Assembly: GCA_046331095.1 (NCBI GenBank)
Contig: JAXLRM010000008.1
Coordinates: 69,074 to 133,073 of the forward strand
Direction of reading: 5' to 3'
Source: Acidimicrobiia bacterium
GTDB taxonomy: Bacteria > Actinomycetota > Acidimicrobiia > UBA2766
DNA length: 64,000 bases
Part shown: positions 9,825-19,067 of the stretch, piece after piece
How the letters are laid out: every line of letters begins with the position of its first letter
Numbering within the stretch: the stretch's first letter is position 1
The notes under the pieces: generated by a model
Told to the model about the DNA's origin: nothing
What the model saw: only the letters and a program-made list of their open reading frames with translations
The model's database searches: none
Position numbers and translations under genes: made by a program

Positions 9825-10688
9825 CTACAGCGCGGCGACCCACTCTGCGACCTCGGTCGGGTTGCGGCCGACCTTGGCACCGGCTGACTCGAGCGCCTCG
9901 GCCTTTGCCTGCGCGGTCCCCTTGGAGCCCGAGATGATCGCCCCGGCATGGCCCATCTTCTTGCCGGGCGGCGCCTCGAAGCCCGCGACGTAGCCGACGA
10001 CCGGCTTGGACATCTCCGAGCGCACGAACTCCGCTGCGCGCTCCTCCTCGTCGCCGCCGATCTCGCCCACCATCACGACCACATCGGTCGCGGGGTCCGC
10101 TTCGAAGCGGCGCAGCACGTCGATGTGGAACTGCCCGATGAAGGGGTCGCCGCCGATGCCGACACACGTCGACTGGCCGATCCCACGCTGGGTCAGCTCG
10201 TGGACGATCTGGTAGGTGAGCGTGCCCGAGCGACTCACGAGACCGACACGGCCGGGAGTGGCGATCTCGGTCGGCATGATCCCCACGTTGGCCTTCCCGG
10301 GCGAGAGCACGCCCGGGCAGTTCGGCCCGATCATCGCGACATCACGGAGCTGGAGGTACTGGTACAGCTCGGCCTCGTCACGAGCCGGGATCCCCTCGGT
10401 GATGCACACGATCAGCCCGACACCGGAGTCGGCGGCCTCGAAGCACGCGTCGGCGGCGAACGGCGCCGGCACGAACACCATCGACGTGTTCGCGCCGGTC
10501 TCCTCGACCGCCTCTGCGATCGTGTCGAAGACCGGGATCCCCTCGACATCCTGGCCGCCCTTGCCGGGCGTGACCCCGGCGACGACCTGGGTGCCGTAGG
10601 CCCTGTTGCGCAGCGCGTGGAACTGGCCCTCACGCCCGGTGAGGCCCGAGACCACGACCTTGGTGGATTCGTCTACGTAGATGGCCAT
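9825..10688 (-). CDS. sucD: Succinyl-CoA synthetase alpha subunit
   Basis: Full-length match to SucD: [24 protein letters not shown] ... CoA-binding motif and the phospho-His region GHAGAII. Confidence 0.95.
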   Translation of the reverse strand: MAIYVDESTKVVVSGLTGREGQFHALRNRAYGTQVVAGVTPGKGGQDVEGIPVFDTIAEAVEETGANTSMVFVPAPFAADACFEAADSGVGLIVCITEGIPARDEAELYQYLQLRDVAMIGPNCPGVLSPGKANVGIMPTEIATPGRVGLVSRSGTLTYQIVHELTQRGIGQSTCVGIGGDPFIGQFHIDVLRRFEADPATDVVVMVGEIGGDEEERAAEFVRSEMSKPVVGYVAGFEAPPGKKMGHAGAIISGSKGTAQAKAEALESAGAKVGRNPTEVAEWVAAL

Positions 10689-10722
10689 CGTCGAGATGCT
10701 CCTGGAACCTTGGCGGGACGGG

Positions 10723-11874
10723 TCAGCCGGCAGCGCCGGCGAGCTCGACGGCCTTGGCGGCCGCCTCGAGCATCGTGGGCGACGAGTGCAGGCCGTCTCG
10801 GGGGTTGTCGGCGAGGATCGCGCGGCCCTCCTCGGCGTTGGTGCCGTCGAGGCGGACCACGATCGGCTGGGAGATGTCGACGCGGTCGAGAGCGGCGACG
10901 ATGCCCTTGGCGACCTCCTCGCCGCGCGTGATGCCCCCGAAGATGTTGATGAAGATCGACTTCACCTGCGGGTCCCCGGCAACGACCTCGAGCGAGTCGG
11001 CGATGAGATCGGCGCTGGCACCACCGCCCACGTCGAGGAAGTTGGCGGCCTTGCCGCCTGCCTGCGCCACCACGTCGAGGGTCGACATGACGAGCCCGGC
11101 ACCGTTGCCGAGTACGCCCACCTCCCCCTCGAGCTTGATGTAGTTGAGGTTCTTCTCCTTGGCGAGCTTCTCCTGAGGGTCCACGGCGAAGACCTCGTGG
11201 AAGTCCTCGAAGACCTGCTTGTGGCGGAACTCGGCGTTGTCGTCGAGGGTGACCTTGGCGTCGAGCGCCACGATCTCCCCACGGGAGTTGGCGATCAGCG
11301 GGTTTACCTCGACGAGCTCGGCGTCGAGTTCGACGAAAGCGGCATAGAGCTTCTGCAGGACCGCGATCACCTGCTTGCGGTGCTCGGCGGGGATGCGTCC
11401 CCGGAATGCGAGCGCCCGTGCGGCGTTGTCCTTGAGGCCGACGAGGGGGTTGACGCCCACCTTGGCGATCGCGCCGGGGTCGCGCTCGGCGACCTCCTCG
11501 ATCTCGACCCCGCCCTCGGCGCTCACCATGCCGAGGTAGCGCTTGGCAGAGCGGTCGATCGTGAAGCTCGCGTAGAACTCGGCCGCGATGTCGGCCGCCT
11601 CCTCGACCCAGAGCCGCCGGACGACGTGACCCTTGATGTCCATGCCGAGGATCGCACGGGCATGCTCCTCGGCCTCGTCGGCGTCGTTGGCGACCTTGAT
11701 CCCGCCCGCCTTGCCGCGCCCACCCACCTGGACCTGCGCCTTGATCGCGACCGGGAAGCCGATGCGTTCGGCCGCGAGACGGGCTTCCTCGGGTGTCGCG
11801 GCCGCCTCACCCTCGGGCGTGGGCACCCCCACGCTACGCAGCAGTTGCTTGCCTTGGTACTCGAGCAGATCCAC
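10723..11874 (-). CDS. sucC: Succinyl-CoA synthetase beta subunit
   Basis: [12 protein letters not shown]... ATP-grasp domain. The GTG start at 11874 was chosen because the upstream in-frame extension is a translation of the 14-bp tandem repeat. Confidence 0.9.
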   Translation of the reverse strand: MDLLEYQGKQLLRSVGVPTPEGEAAATPEEARLAAERIGFPVAIKAQVQVGGRGKAGGIKVANDADEAEEHARAILGMDIKGHVVRRLWVEEAADIAAEFYASFTIDRSAKRYLGMVSAEGGVEIEEVAERDPGAIAKVGVNPLVGLKDNAARALAFRGRIPAEHRKQVIAVLQKLYAAFVELDAELVEVNPLIANSRGEIVALDAKVTLDDNAEFRHKQVFEDFHEVFAVDPQEKLAKEKNLNYIKLEGEVGVLGNGAGLVMSTLDVVAQAGGKAANFLDVGGGASADLIADSLEVVAGDPQVKSIFINIFGGITRGEEVAKGIVAALDRVDISQPIVVRLDGTNAEEGRAILADNPRDGLHSSPTMLEAAAKAVELAGAAG

Positions 11875-11960
11875 GCATGCTCCCGTGTGAAACCGGCGGT
11901 GTCGGCCTCCGCGGCCGCTGTTGACTCGTGGGAGCCACAGCCTACGGATCAGCCGTGTAC

Positions 11961-12030
11961 GGCCCCAACCCGGCGGCCCCAACCCGGCGGCCCCAACCCG
12001 GCGGCCCCAACCCGGCGGCCCCAACCCGGC
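11961..12030. repeat. Five perfect tandem copies of a 14-bp unit (GGCCCCAACCCGGC), a microsatellite in the sucC upstream region
   Basis: Direct reading: ggccccaacccggc repeated five times without mismatch, between the stop of the B12-binding gene (12034) and the sucC start (11874). Confidence 0.9.
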
Positions 12031-12033
12031 GAC

Positions 12034-12447
12034 TCAGAGACGAGTGGCCTCACGCGCATCGAGCACACCGGCGAGCCAATCGGTGATCTCCGCGAGCGCA
12101 GCTCCCGGCGTGAACACCCTTGCCACCCCTGCCGCCACGAGAACGGGGATGTCCTCGTCGGGAATGATCCCACCTGCGAAGGCGACCACATCGTCGAGCC
12201 CCTCGGCGCGCAGACCGTCGACGATCCTCGGGAACAGCGTGAGATGGGCGCCCGAGAGCAGCGACAGGCCGACCGCGTCGGCGTCCTCCTGGACGGCCGC
12301 CGCCACGATCTGCGCGGGTGACTGGTGAACGCCCGTGTAGATCACCTCGAAGCCCGCGTCGCGCAAGGCACGGGCGATGACCTTGGCCCCGCGGTCGTGG
12401 CCGTCGAGGCCCGGCTTGGCGATGACGACGCGGTAAGGCCGGATCAT
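12034..12447 (-). CDS. Methylmalonyl-CoA mutase-like cobalamin-binding subunit (stand-alone B12-binding domain)
   Basis: [35 protein letters not shown]... contains the DxHxxG B12-binding motif. The protein is about 137 aa. No large mutase subunit is adjacent. Confidence 0.8.
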   Translation of the reverse strand: MIRPYRVVIAKPGLDGHDRGAKVIARALRDAGFEVIYTGVHQSPAQIVAAAVQEDADAVGLSLLSGAHLTLFPRIVDGLRAEGLDDVVAFAGGIIPDEDIPVLVAAGVARVFTPGAALAEITDWLAGVLDAREATRL

Positions 12448-12597
12448 GGAAGAATGCGAGGTTAGTGGTACGTACCACTCGTGCGGCAGACGGCAAGGCC
12501 GCACTGCCGAAGGAAGACCGGCCACGGAGGCCGAATTCATCGACAGGGAAGCGGCGGTCCCGAACGGAACGCTCACGCCTACGGCGAGACGGGAGCC

Positions 12598-13281
12598 ATG
12601 AGCGAGCCCTTAGTGCACTTCGAGAACGTGTCCAAGAGCTACCACCGCGGCACCGAGGAGATCCACGCTCTTCGCAACGTGACGTGCTCGATCTCCGACG
12701 GCGAGTTCGTCGTCGTCACAGGTCCGAGCGGCTCGGGCAAGTCGACGCTGCTCCACGTCGCCGCCGGCCTGGACAAACCCGACAGCGGCAAGGTCACCTT
12801 CCGCGGCACCGACGTCTTCGAGTTCGGCAGCCGTAAGCGCGCGCGGTTCAGGCGCCGCAACATCGGCTTCGTGTTCCAGTTCTTCAACCTCGTCCCGACC
12901 CTGAACGCGGTCCAGAACGTCTCGCTACCGATGCTTCTCGACGGAGTCGGCAAGGCCGAGGCCGACAAGCGTGCCGAAGAGCTCCTCGTGCAGCTCGGCA
13001 TGCAGTCGCGCCTGCACCACAAACCGAACGAGCTCTCGGGCGGTCAGATGCAACGCGTCGCTGTCGCACGAGCCCTCATCGCCGACCCCCCGGTGATCCT
13101 CGCCGACGAGCCGACCGGCAATCTCGACTCCGAAGCCGGCGCCGAGGTCCTCGCCGTACTCAAGGACGCTGCGACATCACAGGGCGCCGCCGTCGTGTTG
13201 GTCACACACGATCCCGAGGCCGCCCAAATCGGGGACCGGCGCATCGCAATCCACGACGGCAACATCCTCGCCGCGGTGTGA
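12598..13281 (+). CDS. ABC transporter ATP-binding protein (LolD/MacB-type ATPase)
   Basis: Walker [13 protein letters not shown] signature [15 protein letters not shown], Walker [15 protein letters not shown] at 12598. Confidence 0.85.
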   Translation: MSEPLVHFENVSKSYHRGTEEIHALRNVTCSISDGEFVVVTGPSGSGKSTLLHVAAGLDKPDSGKVTFRGTDVFEFGSRKRARFRRRNIGFVFQFFNLVPTLNAVQNVSLPMLLDGVGKAEADKRAEELLVQLGMQSRLHHKPNELSGGQMQRVAVARALIADPPVILADEPTGNLDSEAGAEVLAVLKDAATSQGAAVVLVTHDPEAAQIGDRRIAIHDGNILAAV

Positions 13282-14084
13282 GAGCGCACGTGAACCTCCG
13301 CCGGCCCCTACTCCGGGCGTTCACGGCTGCGGTGCTGGCGACGGCACTCCCCGTGGGGGCATGCGGGTCGGATACCGATGAACCCGCGGCGACCCTCGCG
13401 ACGACGACAACGGCAGCACCTCTCGCCGCTCCTCAGGTCTCCGCGGCCGGCACGATCTCGGTCACCGAACCTCCGGCGCCTGGGACCTACACGTACTCCC
13501 AGACCGGCACGACAGGTGTCCTGAACCAGGGCCAGGACCCCAAGCCCCGCGATCCCACGGGCACCCTCACGATCTCGGCACCTTCCCAGGTCACGGGCGG
13601 CACCGAGGTGAAGTACGAGCGGATCGAGGGTGGCGGAACCCGCAGCGAGCAGACCCTGCTCTTCAACGACAAGGGCGTGAGTCTCACATCGGTGAAGAAC
13701 ACGCTGCCGGTCGTGAGCCAGAGTCGCGAGTACGTGTGCAAGCCATCACGTCCCGTTCTGATCCTGCCGGTCGGGATCGGACCCGGGTCCTCGTGGGAGG
13801 ACCGGGTGAGTTGCGAGGCAGGCCAGATCTCCTACAAGGCGACGGTCGTCTCGATGGGAGACGTCACCCTCGGGGACGCCAAGACGGTCCAGGCGCTCGA
13901 GATCGACGTGACCAACACCGTCGACGGACCCGGCCTGAAGACCGAGAGCGAGCAGAAGTACTGGTTCGCGCCGGACAGCCGCCTCAACGTCAAGATGCAG
14001 GACTCCACGAAGGCACAGCTCTCCGTGTACGACGTCACCCACTCGGGCATCGACCTGCTCGAGAGCATCACTCCACGCAAGTGA
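13278..14084 (+). CDS. Putative secreted lipoprotein
   Basis: Signal peptide with a lipobox (ALPVGAC) followed by a Thr/Gly-rich beta-rich domain. Its start overlaps the ABC ATPase stop. Confidence 0.6.
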   Translation: MRAHVNLRRPLLRAFTAAVLATALPVGACGSDTDEPAATLATTTTAAPLAAPQVSAAGTISVTEPPAPGTYTYSQTGTTGVLNQGQDPKPRDPTGTLTISAPSQVTGGTEVKYERIEGGGTRSEQTLLFNDKGVSLTSVKNTLPVVSQSREYVCKPSRPVLILPVGIGPGSSWEDRVSCEAGQISYKATVVSMGDVTLGDAKTVQALEIDVTNTVDGPGLKTESEQKYWFAPDSRLNVKMQDSTKAQLSVYDVTHSGIDLLESITPRK

Positions 14085-14189
14085 CCCGCGCCGTTGCAGG
14101 ACTGGGGTTTCCCGGGCAGAATCTCCGATGGAGTGGGGAGTCCTCCGGCGTCACCGGGACCGGAGCCACGCGTGCGAGGCTGACTGCTC

Positions 14190-15089
14190 ATGGGTACGAA
14201 CCCACTGGGGGGTTTGGAGTCACTTGCCCGGGACACGACCGCGGCACTGCGCCGTGGGCGCACCTACGCGATCGCCGTGCGAGAGGCGGTCGGTATCGCA
14301 GTGAACGTGGTCACCTACCCCCTCGGCATCCTCGACGAGGCCCTCGACCACGCACCCGAACGCCGACACGCTGTCCACCCCGTCCGTGACTCGCGCTTTT
14401 TCGCCAGCCCAGCGGCGTTCGACGTGCCCGTCCTGCTGGTCCACGGCTACGCGCACAACCGCAGTGGCTACCTGCTGCTGCGAAACCGCCTCCGCAGGCA
14501 CGGCTTCGCCAACCTGTACACGCTGAACTACAACGCCCTCGTCCAGGACATCCCCGCGATCTCCCAGCGCCTCGCGGATCGAGTCGAGTGCATCTGCGCC
14601 GAGACGCATCAGCCGTTCGTGCACCTCGTCGGCCACAGCCTGGGCGGTATCGTCGCCCGCTACTACGTGCAGCGACTCGGGGGTGCCGAGCGTGTCTTGC
14701 GAGCGATAACCATCGGCAGCCCACACAACGGAACCCTGTCAGCGTCGCTGCTCGCGTTCTTGGGCCCAACAGCGAGACAACTCGCCTGGAACTCGGCGTT
14801 GATACGCTCACTGAACACCCGTATCGAGCCGACGCCGGTGCAGTGGACCTCGATCTGGTCGTCCTCGGACGAGCTCGTCGTTCCCGCCGAGTCGGCACGC
14901 CTCTGCCCGACGGCGTTCAGGGCCGAGAACCTGCCGATCGCGAACCAGGGACACATGAGCCTGCTCGTATCACCGCGGGTGATGGACATCGTCGTCGACC
15001 GACTCGGTGACATCGACGCCCATCCCCGCCTGCAATCCGAAAGGCGCTCGACGCTTCCTCCTACGGGCGACGCGAACCACGCACCCTGA
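14190..15089 (+). CDS. Alpha/beta hydrolase (lipase/PGAP1-like esterase)
   Basis: GHSLGG nucleophile elbow and LLVHGYAHN oxyanion region. The C-terminal approximately 15 codons run into the 93-bp tandem repeat, so the true stop may differ. Confidence 0.7.
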   Translation: MGTNPLGGLESLARDTTAALRRGRTYAIAVREAVGIAVNVVTYPLGILDEALDHAPERRHAVHPVRDSRFFASPAAFDVPVLLVHGYAHNRSGYLLLRNRLRRHGFANLYTLNYNALVQDIPAISQRLADRVECICAETHQPFVHLVGHSLGGIVARYYVQRLGGAERVLRAITIGSPHNGTLSASLLAFLGPTARQLAWNSALIRSLNTRIEPTPVQWTSIWSSSDELVVPAESARLCPTAFRAENLPIANQGHMSLLVSPRVMDIVVDRLGDIDAHPRLQSERRSTLPPTGDANHAP

Positions 15090-15310
15090 CCCGAGGACGT
15101 CGAAGGAGGAAGCCCCTCGGCCTGCTACACCGAAAGGCGCTCGACGCTTCCTCCTACGGGCGACGCGAACCACGCACCCTGACCCGAGGACGTCGAAAGA
15201 GGAAGCCCCTCGGCCTGCTACACCGCAAGGCGCTCGACGCTTCCTCCTACGGGCGACGCGAACCACGCACCCTGACCCGAGGACGTCGAAAGAGGAAGCC
15301 CCGCACGAGG
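15037..15310. repeat. Three tandem copies of a 93-bp unit, each containing a 10-bp-stem inverted repeat (GCTTCCTCCT ... AGGAGGAAGC)
   Basis: Copies start at 15037, 15130 and 15223 with 2-3 mismatches. They lie in the convergent intergenic space between the hydrolase and pcrA. Confidence 0.9.
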
Positions 15311-15320
15311 CTCGGTCAGA

Positions 15321-17771
15321 TCAGACGTGTTCGAGGCGTGCCCACGCGAGGACGAGTTGCTTCTGTCCGGCGGACTCGAACGCGACCGTGGCGGTGGCCT
15401 TGTCGCCTGCTCCCTCGACACGCAGCACCACACCCGAGCCGAACTTCGGGTGGCGCACCTTGTCGCCCGGCTCGACGGCAGCGACGGGAACCGCGTCGGC
15501 GCCGTCGTCGGCGGTGCCGCGCCCGATCGTCGCTAGCGACGAATCCCGTGGCGCGTCGTAGTCGATCTCGTCGTGTGAGCTCTCAGTTGCGGCTCCACCT
15601 GCCGGCATCCGGTCACGACGGAACCTCGCGTATCCGCGCTCCTCGCGGAAGCGGTCGCGATCGCGTCGCCACGACCGTACCTCGGCCGCCCCACCGGTCC
15701 TGTCGACGAGCTCGGCCGGCAGCTCTGCCAGGAAGCGCGACGGGGAGTTGTAGCTCGTCCCGCCGAAGAGGGACCGATTGAGAGCATGGCACAGGTAGAG
15801 GCGGTCCATGGCCCGTGTGATGCCCACGTAGGCGAGGCGGCGCTCCTCCTCGAGCTGGTCCGGCTCGGTGAGGCTGCGCATGTGCGGGAACACGCCCTCT
15901 TCCATCCCGGTGACGAACACGACCGGGAACTCGAGTCCCTTGGCGTTGTGCAGCGTCATCAGCGTGACCGACGAAGACCCCGTCTCGACCTCGTCGGCGT
16001 CGGAGACCAACGAGACGTCCTCGAGGAACTCGCGTAGCTGCTCCTCGGGGGCGGGAGCACCCGCGTCGCCGTCGACGGAAGCACGGGCCTCCGCGGCGAA
16101 CTCCGCTGCGACCGTGAGGAGCTCGGCCAGGTTCTCCAGCCGTCCCTGGGACTCGAGCGATGCCTCGGCACGCAACTCGGCCGCGTACCCGGTCGACTCC
16201 CAAGTCGCCTCGATGGCGGCAGCAAGGCCCCCAGTGGCGAGCTCGGTGCCGAGCTCTTCGATGATGCCGACGAAACCGGCGACAGCAGCGCGGGCACGCG
16301 GTTTGAGGTCGGGGACCTCGTCCACGCGGGCGAGCATCTCGCCCAGAGGCACACCCGCGGCCGCGGCGGCCGCCGCGAGACGGCTCAGGGTCTGGTCGCC
16401 GATCCCGCGCCTGGGCACGTTCACGATGCGCCGCAAAGAGACCTCGTCGGCGGGATTGACGAGCAGTCGCAGGTACGCGAGAGCGTCCTTGATCTCGCGC
16501 CTGTCGTAGAACCGCGTGCCACCGACGACCTTGTACGGCACGCCCGCGCGGACCAGTACCTCCTCGAGTACCCGCGCCTGGGCGTTGGTGCGGTAGAACA
16601 CCGCGACATCACCCATCCGCACGCCTTCGTCGTCCACGAGGCGATCGATCTCGGTCGCCACGAACGCCGCCTCGTCGTGCTCGTTCTCGGCCTCGTACAC
16701 CTGGATCCGGTGGCCCCCGCGCCGCTCCGTGAAGAGCCGCTTGTCGCGCCTTTGCAGGTTGTGAGCGATGACGGAGTTGGCGGCTTCGAGGATTTCCTGT
16801 GTCGAGCGGTAGTTCTGCTCGAGGTTCACCACCACCGCGTCCGGGTAGTCACGCTCGAACTCGAGGATGTTACGGACGTCCGCGCCACGGAACGCGTAGA
16901 TCGACTGGTCGCCGTCGCCGACCACGCACAGGTTGCGCGCCGCCGCCGACCACAGTCTCGAGAGCTGGTACTGGGCCTGGTTGGTGTCCTGGTACTCGTC
17001 GACGAGGACGTAACGGAACCTTTCCGCGTACTCCCTGCGGACGTCCTCGTGGTCGCGGAGCAGCTCTACGGTGCGCACGAGGAGGTCGTCGAAATCCATG
17101 GCGTTCGCCTCGCGCAGGCGGCGGTCGTAGAGGCCGAACACCTGCGCGACGGCCCGGTCCACGTACCCGCTGGCGAGCTCGGCGAAACGATCGGGTGTGA
17201 CGAGCTCGTTCTTGGCAGCCGATATCGCAGAGTGCACGCGACGTGGGCCGAACTTCTTGGGGTCGAGATTGAGGTCGCGCACGCAGAGGGCGGTCAGGCG
17301 CTGGGCGTCGGACTGGTCGTAGATGCTGAATCCGGTCGCGAAGCCGAGGAGAGGTGCGTGCTTGCGAAGGATCCGCACACACGCCGAGTGGAACGTGCAG
17401 ACCCACATGGTCTGGCCGAGCCTGTCGCCGACGAGGGCGCCGACGCGTTCGCGCATCTCCGTCGCGGCCTTGTTCGTGAACGTGATCGCGAGCACCGCCC
17501 ACGGCGAGACGCCGAGATCACGGATCAGGTGGGCGATACGGTGGGTGAGGACCCGGGTCTTGCCCGAGCCTGCTCCTGCGACGATCAGGAGCGGGCCCTC
17601 GGTGTGGAGCACCGCCTCGCGCTGGCGGTCGTTGAGCCCGACGAGGAGCGGGTTCGCGCCCGCATCGGCCTCGTCGGGTGCCTCGACGGCGTCGAGGCCG
17701 GCGTCTTCGGCCGGGCCGGGGGGGAGGGGTTCGACTGGTCGGGTCACCGATGTCATCGTCGCGCGCGTCAC
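15321..17771 (-). CDS. pcrA: ATP-dependent DNA helicase PcrA/UvrD
   Basis: UvrD helicase motifs (AGAGSGKTRVLTHRIAHLI, DEYQDTN, VGDGDQSIYAFRGA, C-terminal Tudor-like domain), 816 aa. Confidence 0.9.
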   Translation of the reverse strand: MTRATMTSVTRPVEPLPPGPAEDAGLDAVEAPDEADAGANPLLVGLNDRQREAVLHTEGPLLIVAGAGSGKTRVLTHRIAHLIRDLGVSPWAVLAITFTNKAATEMRERVGALVGDRLGQTMWVCTFHSACVRILRKHAPLLGFATGFSIYDQSDAQRLTALCVRDLNLDPKKFGPRRVHSAISAAKNELVTPDRFAELASGYVDRAVAQVFGLYDRRLREANAMDFDDLLVRTVELLRDHEDVRREYAERFRYVLVDEYQDTNQAQYQLSRLWSAAARNLCVVGDGDQSIYAFRGADVRNILEFERDYPDAVVVNLEQNYRSTQEILEAANSVIAHNLQRRDKRLFTERRGGHRIQVYEAENEHDEAAFVATEIDRLVDDEGVRMGDVAVFYRTNAQARVLEEVLVRAGVPYKVVGGTRFYDRREIKDALAYLRLLVNPADEVSLRRIVNVPRRGIGDQTLSRLAAAAAAAGVPLGEMLARVDEVPDLKPRARAAVAGFVGIIEELGTELATGGLAAAIEATWESTGYAAELRAEASLESQGRLENLAELLTVAAEFAAEARASVDGDAGAPAPEEQLREFLEDVSLVSDADEVETGSSSVTLMTLHNAKGLEFPVVFVTGMEEGVFPHMRSLTEPDQLEEERRLAYVGITRAMDRLYLCHALNRSLFGGTSYNSPSRFLAELPAELVDRTGGAAEVRSWRRDRDRFREERGYARFRRDRMPAGGAATESSHDEIDYDAPRDSSLATIGRGTADDGADAVPVAAVEPGDKVRHPKFGSGVVLRVEGAGDKATATVAFESAGQKQLVLAWARLEHV

Positions 17772-17858
17772 CTTGGCTCGCGGGGACTTGCGGGGAAGGG
17801 AGGTCGCTGTCGAGCCTACGTCGGGGCAGCCCTCGACGTGGGGACGTGGGCCTACGGA

Positions 17859-19067
17859 TCACCCGATCAAGTCGCCGGTGGAGTCCGTCGCCGCGAATTC
17901 GGCCCGAACCGCTGCCAGGAGGGCATCGTCGGTAGCGAGGTCGATGACGGTGGCTGCCATCGAGAGGGCCGCGTCGTGGACCGCACGGTCTGCTGCAGGA
18001 GCCGCTGCTGCATCTGCGAAGCCGCGCTGGTGGTTGAGGTACGGCCCCGACTCGATACCGATCATCGGATGTATCGCGGGCACGACCTGGCTCACGTTGC
18101 CCATGTCGGTCGACGATGCCGACTCGGGCCCGATCAACACCTGCGGCACGAACTCACGTCCGAGTCTCTCGGCGTTCGCCTGGTAGGCGCCCGAGAGGGC
18201 ATGGTTGTGCTTCATCTCCCGGTACGCGGCCATCGCAGCGGAGAACTCGACGCTGCAACCAGCTTCCACCACGGTCGACTCGACCTCGGCGCGCAGTCGG
18301 GCGGCCAGGTCCTCGACGTCCAGGTCGGTGCGAGCACGCACGAACCAGTGGCCGGTCGCCTCTTCGGGAACGACGTTCGGGACGTCGCCGCCATGGGTGA
18401 TCACGCCGTGACAGCGCTCCCAGTCACCCATCGGGTGCGCGGCGAGGACCCGGTAGACGTCGACGAGACCGTCGAGAGCGTTGCCGAGACGCGTGCGCGT
18501 CAGAGACGCGTGCGCCGCACGTCCGTGTACGGTCACGACGAGGTCGTTGACAGCGAGTGCAGGCGCTTCGCGGATGTCGAGTGGCGCCGGATGGACCATC
18601 AAGGCCGCGTCGACACCCTCGAAGGCGCCCCGCTCGACCAGGATCGCCTTGCCGCCCACCGCCTCTTCCGCCGGTGTGCCGAGCACGCAGAGGCGCATAC
18701 CGAGCTCCTCGACGAGACCGGCAAGGACGAGCCCCGCCCCCGCCGCGCTCGCTCCGATCACGTTGTGGCCGCACGCGTGGCCTATCCGCGGCAGCGCGTC
18801 GTACTCCGCGCAGATCACGACGTGGGGACCGCTGCCGGAGCCGAGCTCCGCCCGGAACGCCGTCTCGACGTCGTAGGCGTGACGCGTGACGTCGAAGCCT
18901 GCACGTTCGAGGGTGTCGGCGAGGAGGTCGTGCGCGTGGATCTCCTCCATCGCGAGCTCGGGATGGGCATGCAGGTCGTGGCTCAGAGCCACCATCGTCT
19001 CCCCCGCCGCGGCGGCGGCCAGACGTGCACGGTCCTCGAGATCGGATGTGTCGTCGCTCGTGCTCAC
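17859..19067 (-). CDS. M20-family metallopeptidase / amidohydrolase (hippurate hydrolase-like)
   Basis: Peptidase M20D signature (HACGHNV, metal ligands, dimerisation domain), 402 aa. Confidence 0.8.
   Translation of the reverse strand: MSTSDDTSDLEDRARLAAAAAGETMVALSHDLHAHPELAMEEIHAHDLLADTLERAGFDVTRHAYDVETAFRAELGSGSGPHVVICAEYDALPRIGHACGHNVIGASAAGAGLVLAGLVEELGMRLCVLGTPAEEAVGGKAILVERGAFEGVDAALMVHPAPLDIREAPALAVNDLVVTVHGRAAHASLTRTRLGNALDGLVDVYRVLAAHPMGDWERCHGVITHGGDVPNVVPEEATGHWFVRARTDLDVEDLAARLRAEVESTVVEAGCSVEFSAAMAAYREMKHNHALSGAYQANAERLGREFVPQVLIGPESASSTDMGNVSQVVPAIHPMIGIESGPYLNHQRGFADAAAAPAADRAVHDAALSMAATVIDLATDDALLAAVRAEFAATDSTGDLIG

Noticed and set aside
10962-11282. Numerous 60-120-aa ORFs nested inside or antisense to sucC, sucD, groEL, glmS and other conserved genes.
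   Set aside because: They are expected by-products of high GC content (few stop codons). Each overlaps a gene whose protein shows full-length conserved family features.
15007-15561. 184-aa + strand ORF with a 31-aa internal repeat (…KGARRFLLRATRTTHPDPRTSKEEAPRPATP…), and the 98-aa minus-strand ORF 14970..15266.
   Set aside because: Both are translations of the 3x93-bp DNA tandem repeat. The + ORF also runs antisense through the pcrA 3' end. No start context is present and the composition is non-protein-like.
17849-17870. An 11-nt match (cctacggatca) shared between the pcrA upstream region and the sucC upstream region, as a possible shared regulatory site.
   Set aside because: With about 2x10^9 position pairs in a 64-kb window, hundreds of 11-mer matches are expected by chance. 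Nothing else supports a shared site.
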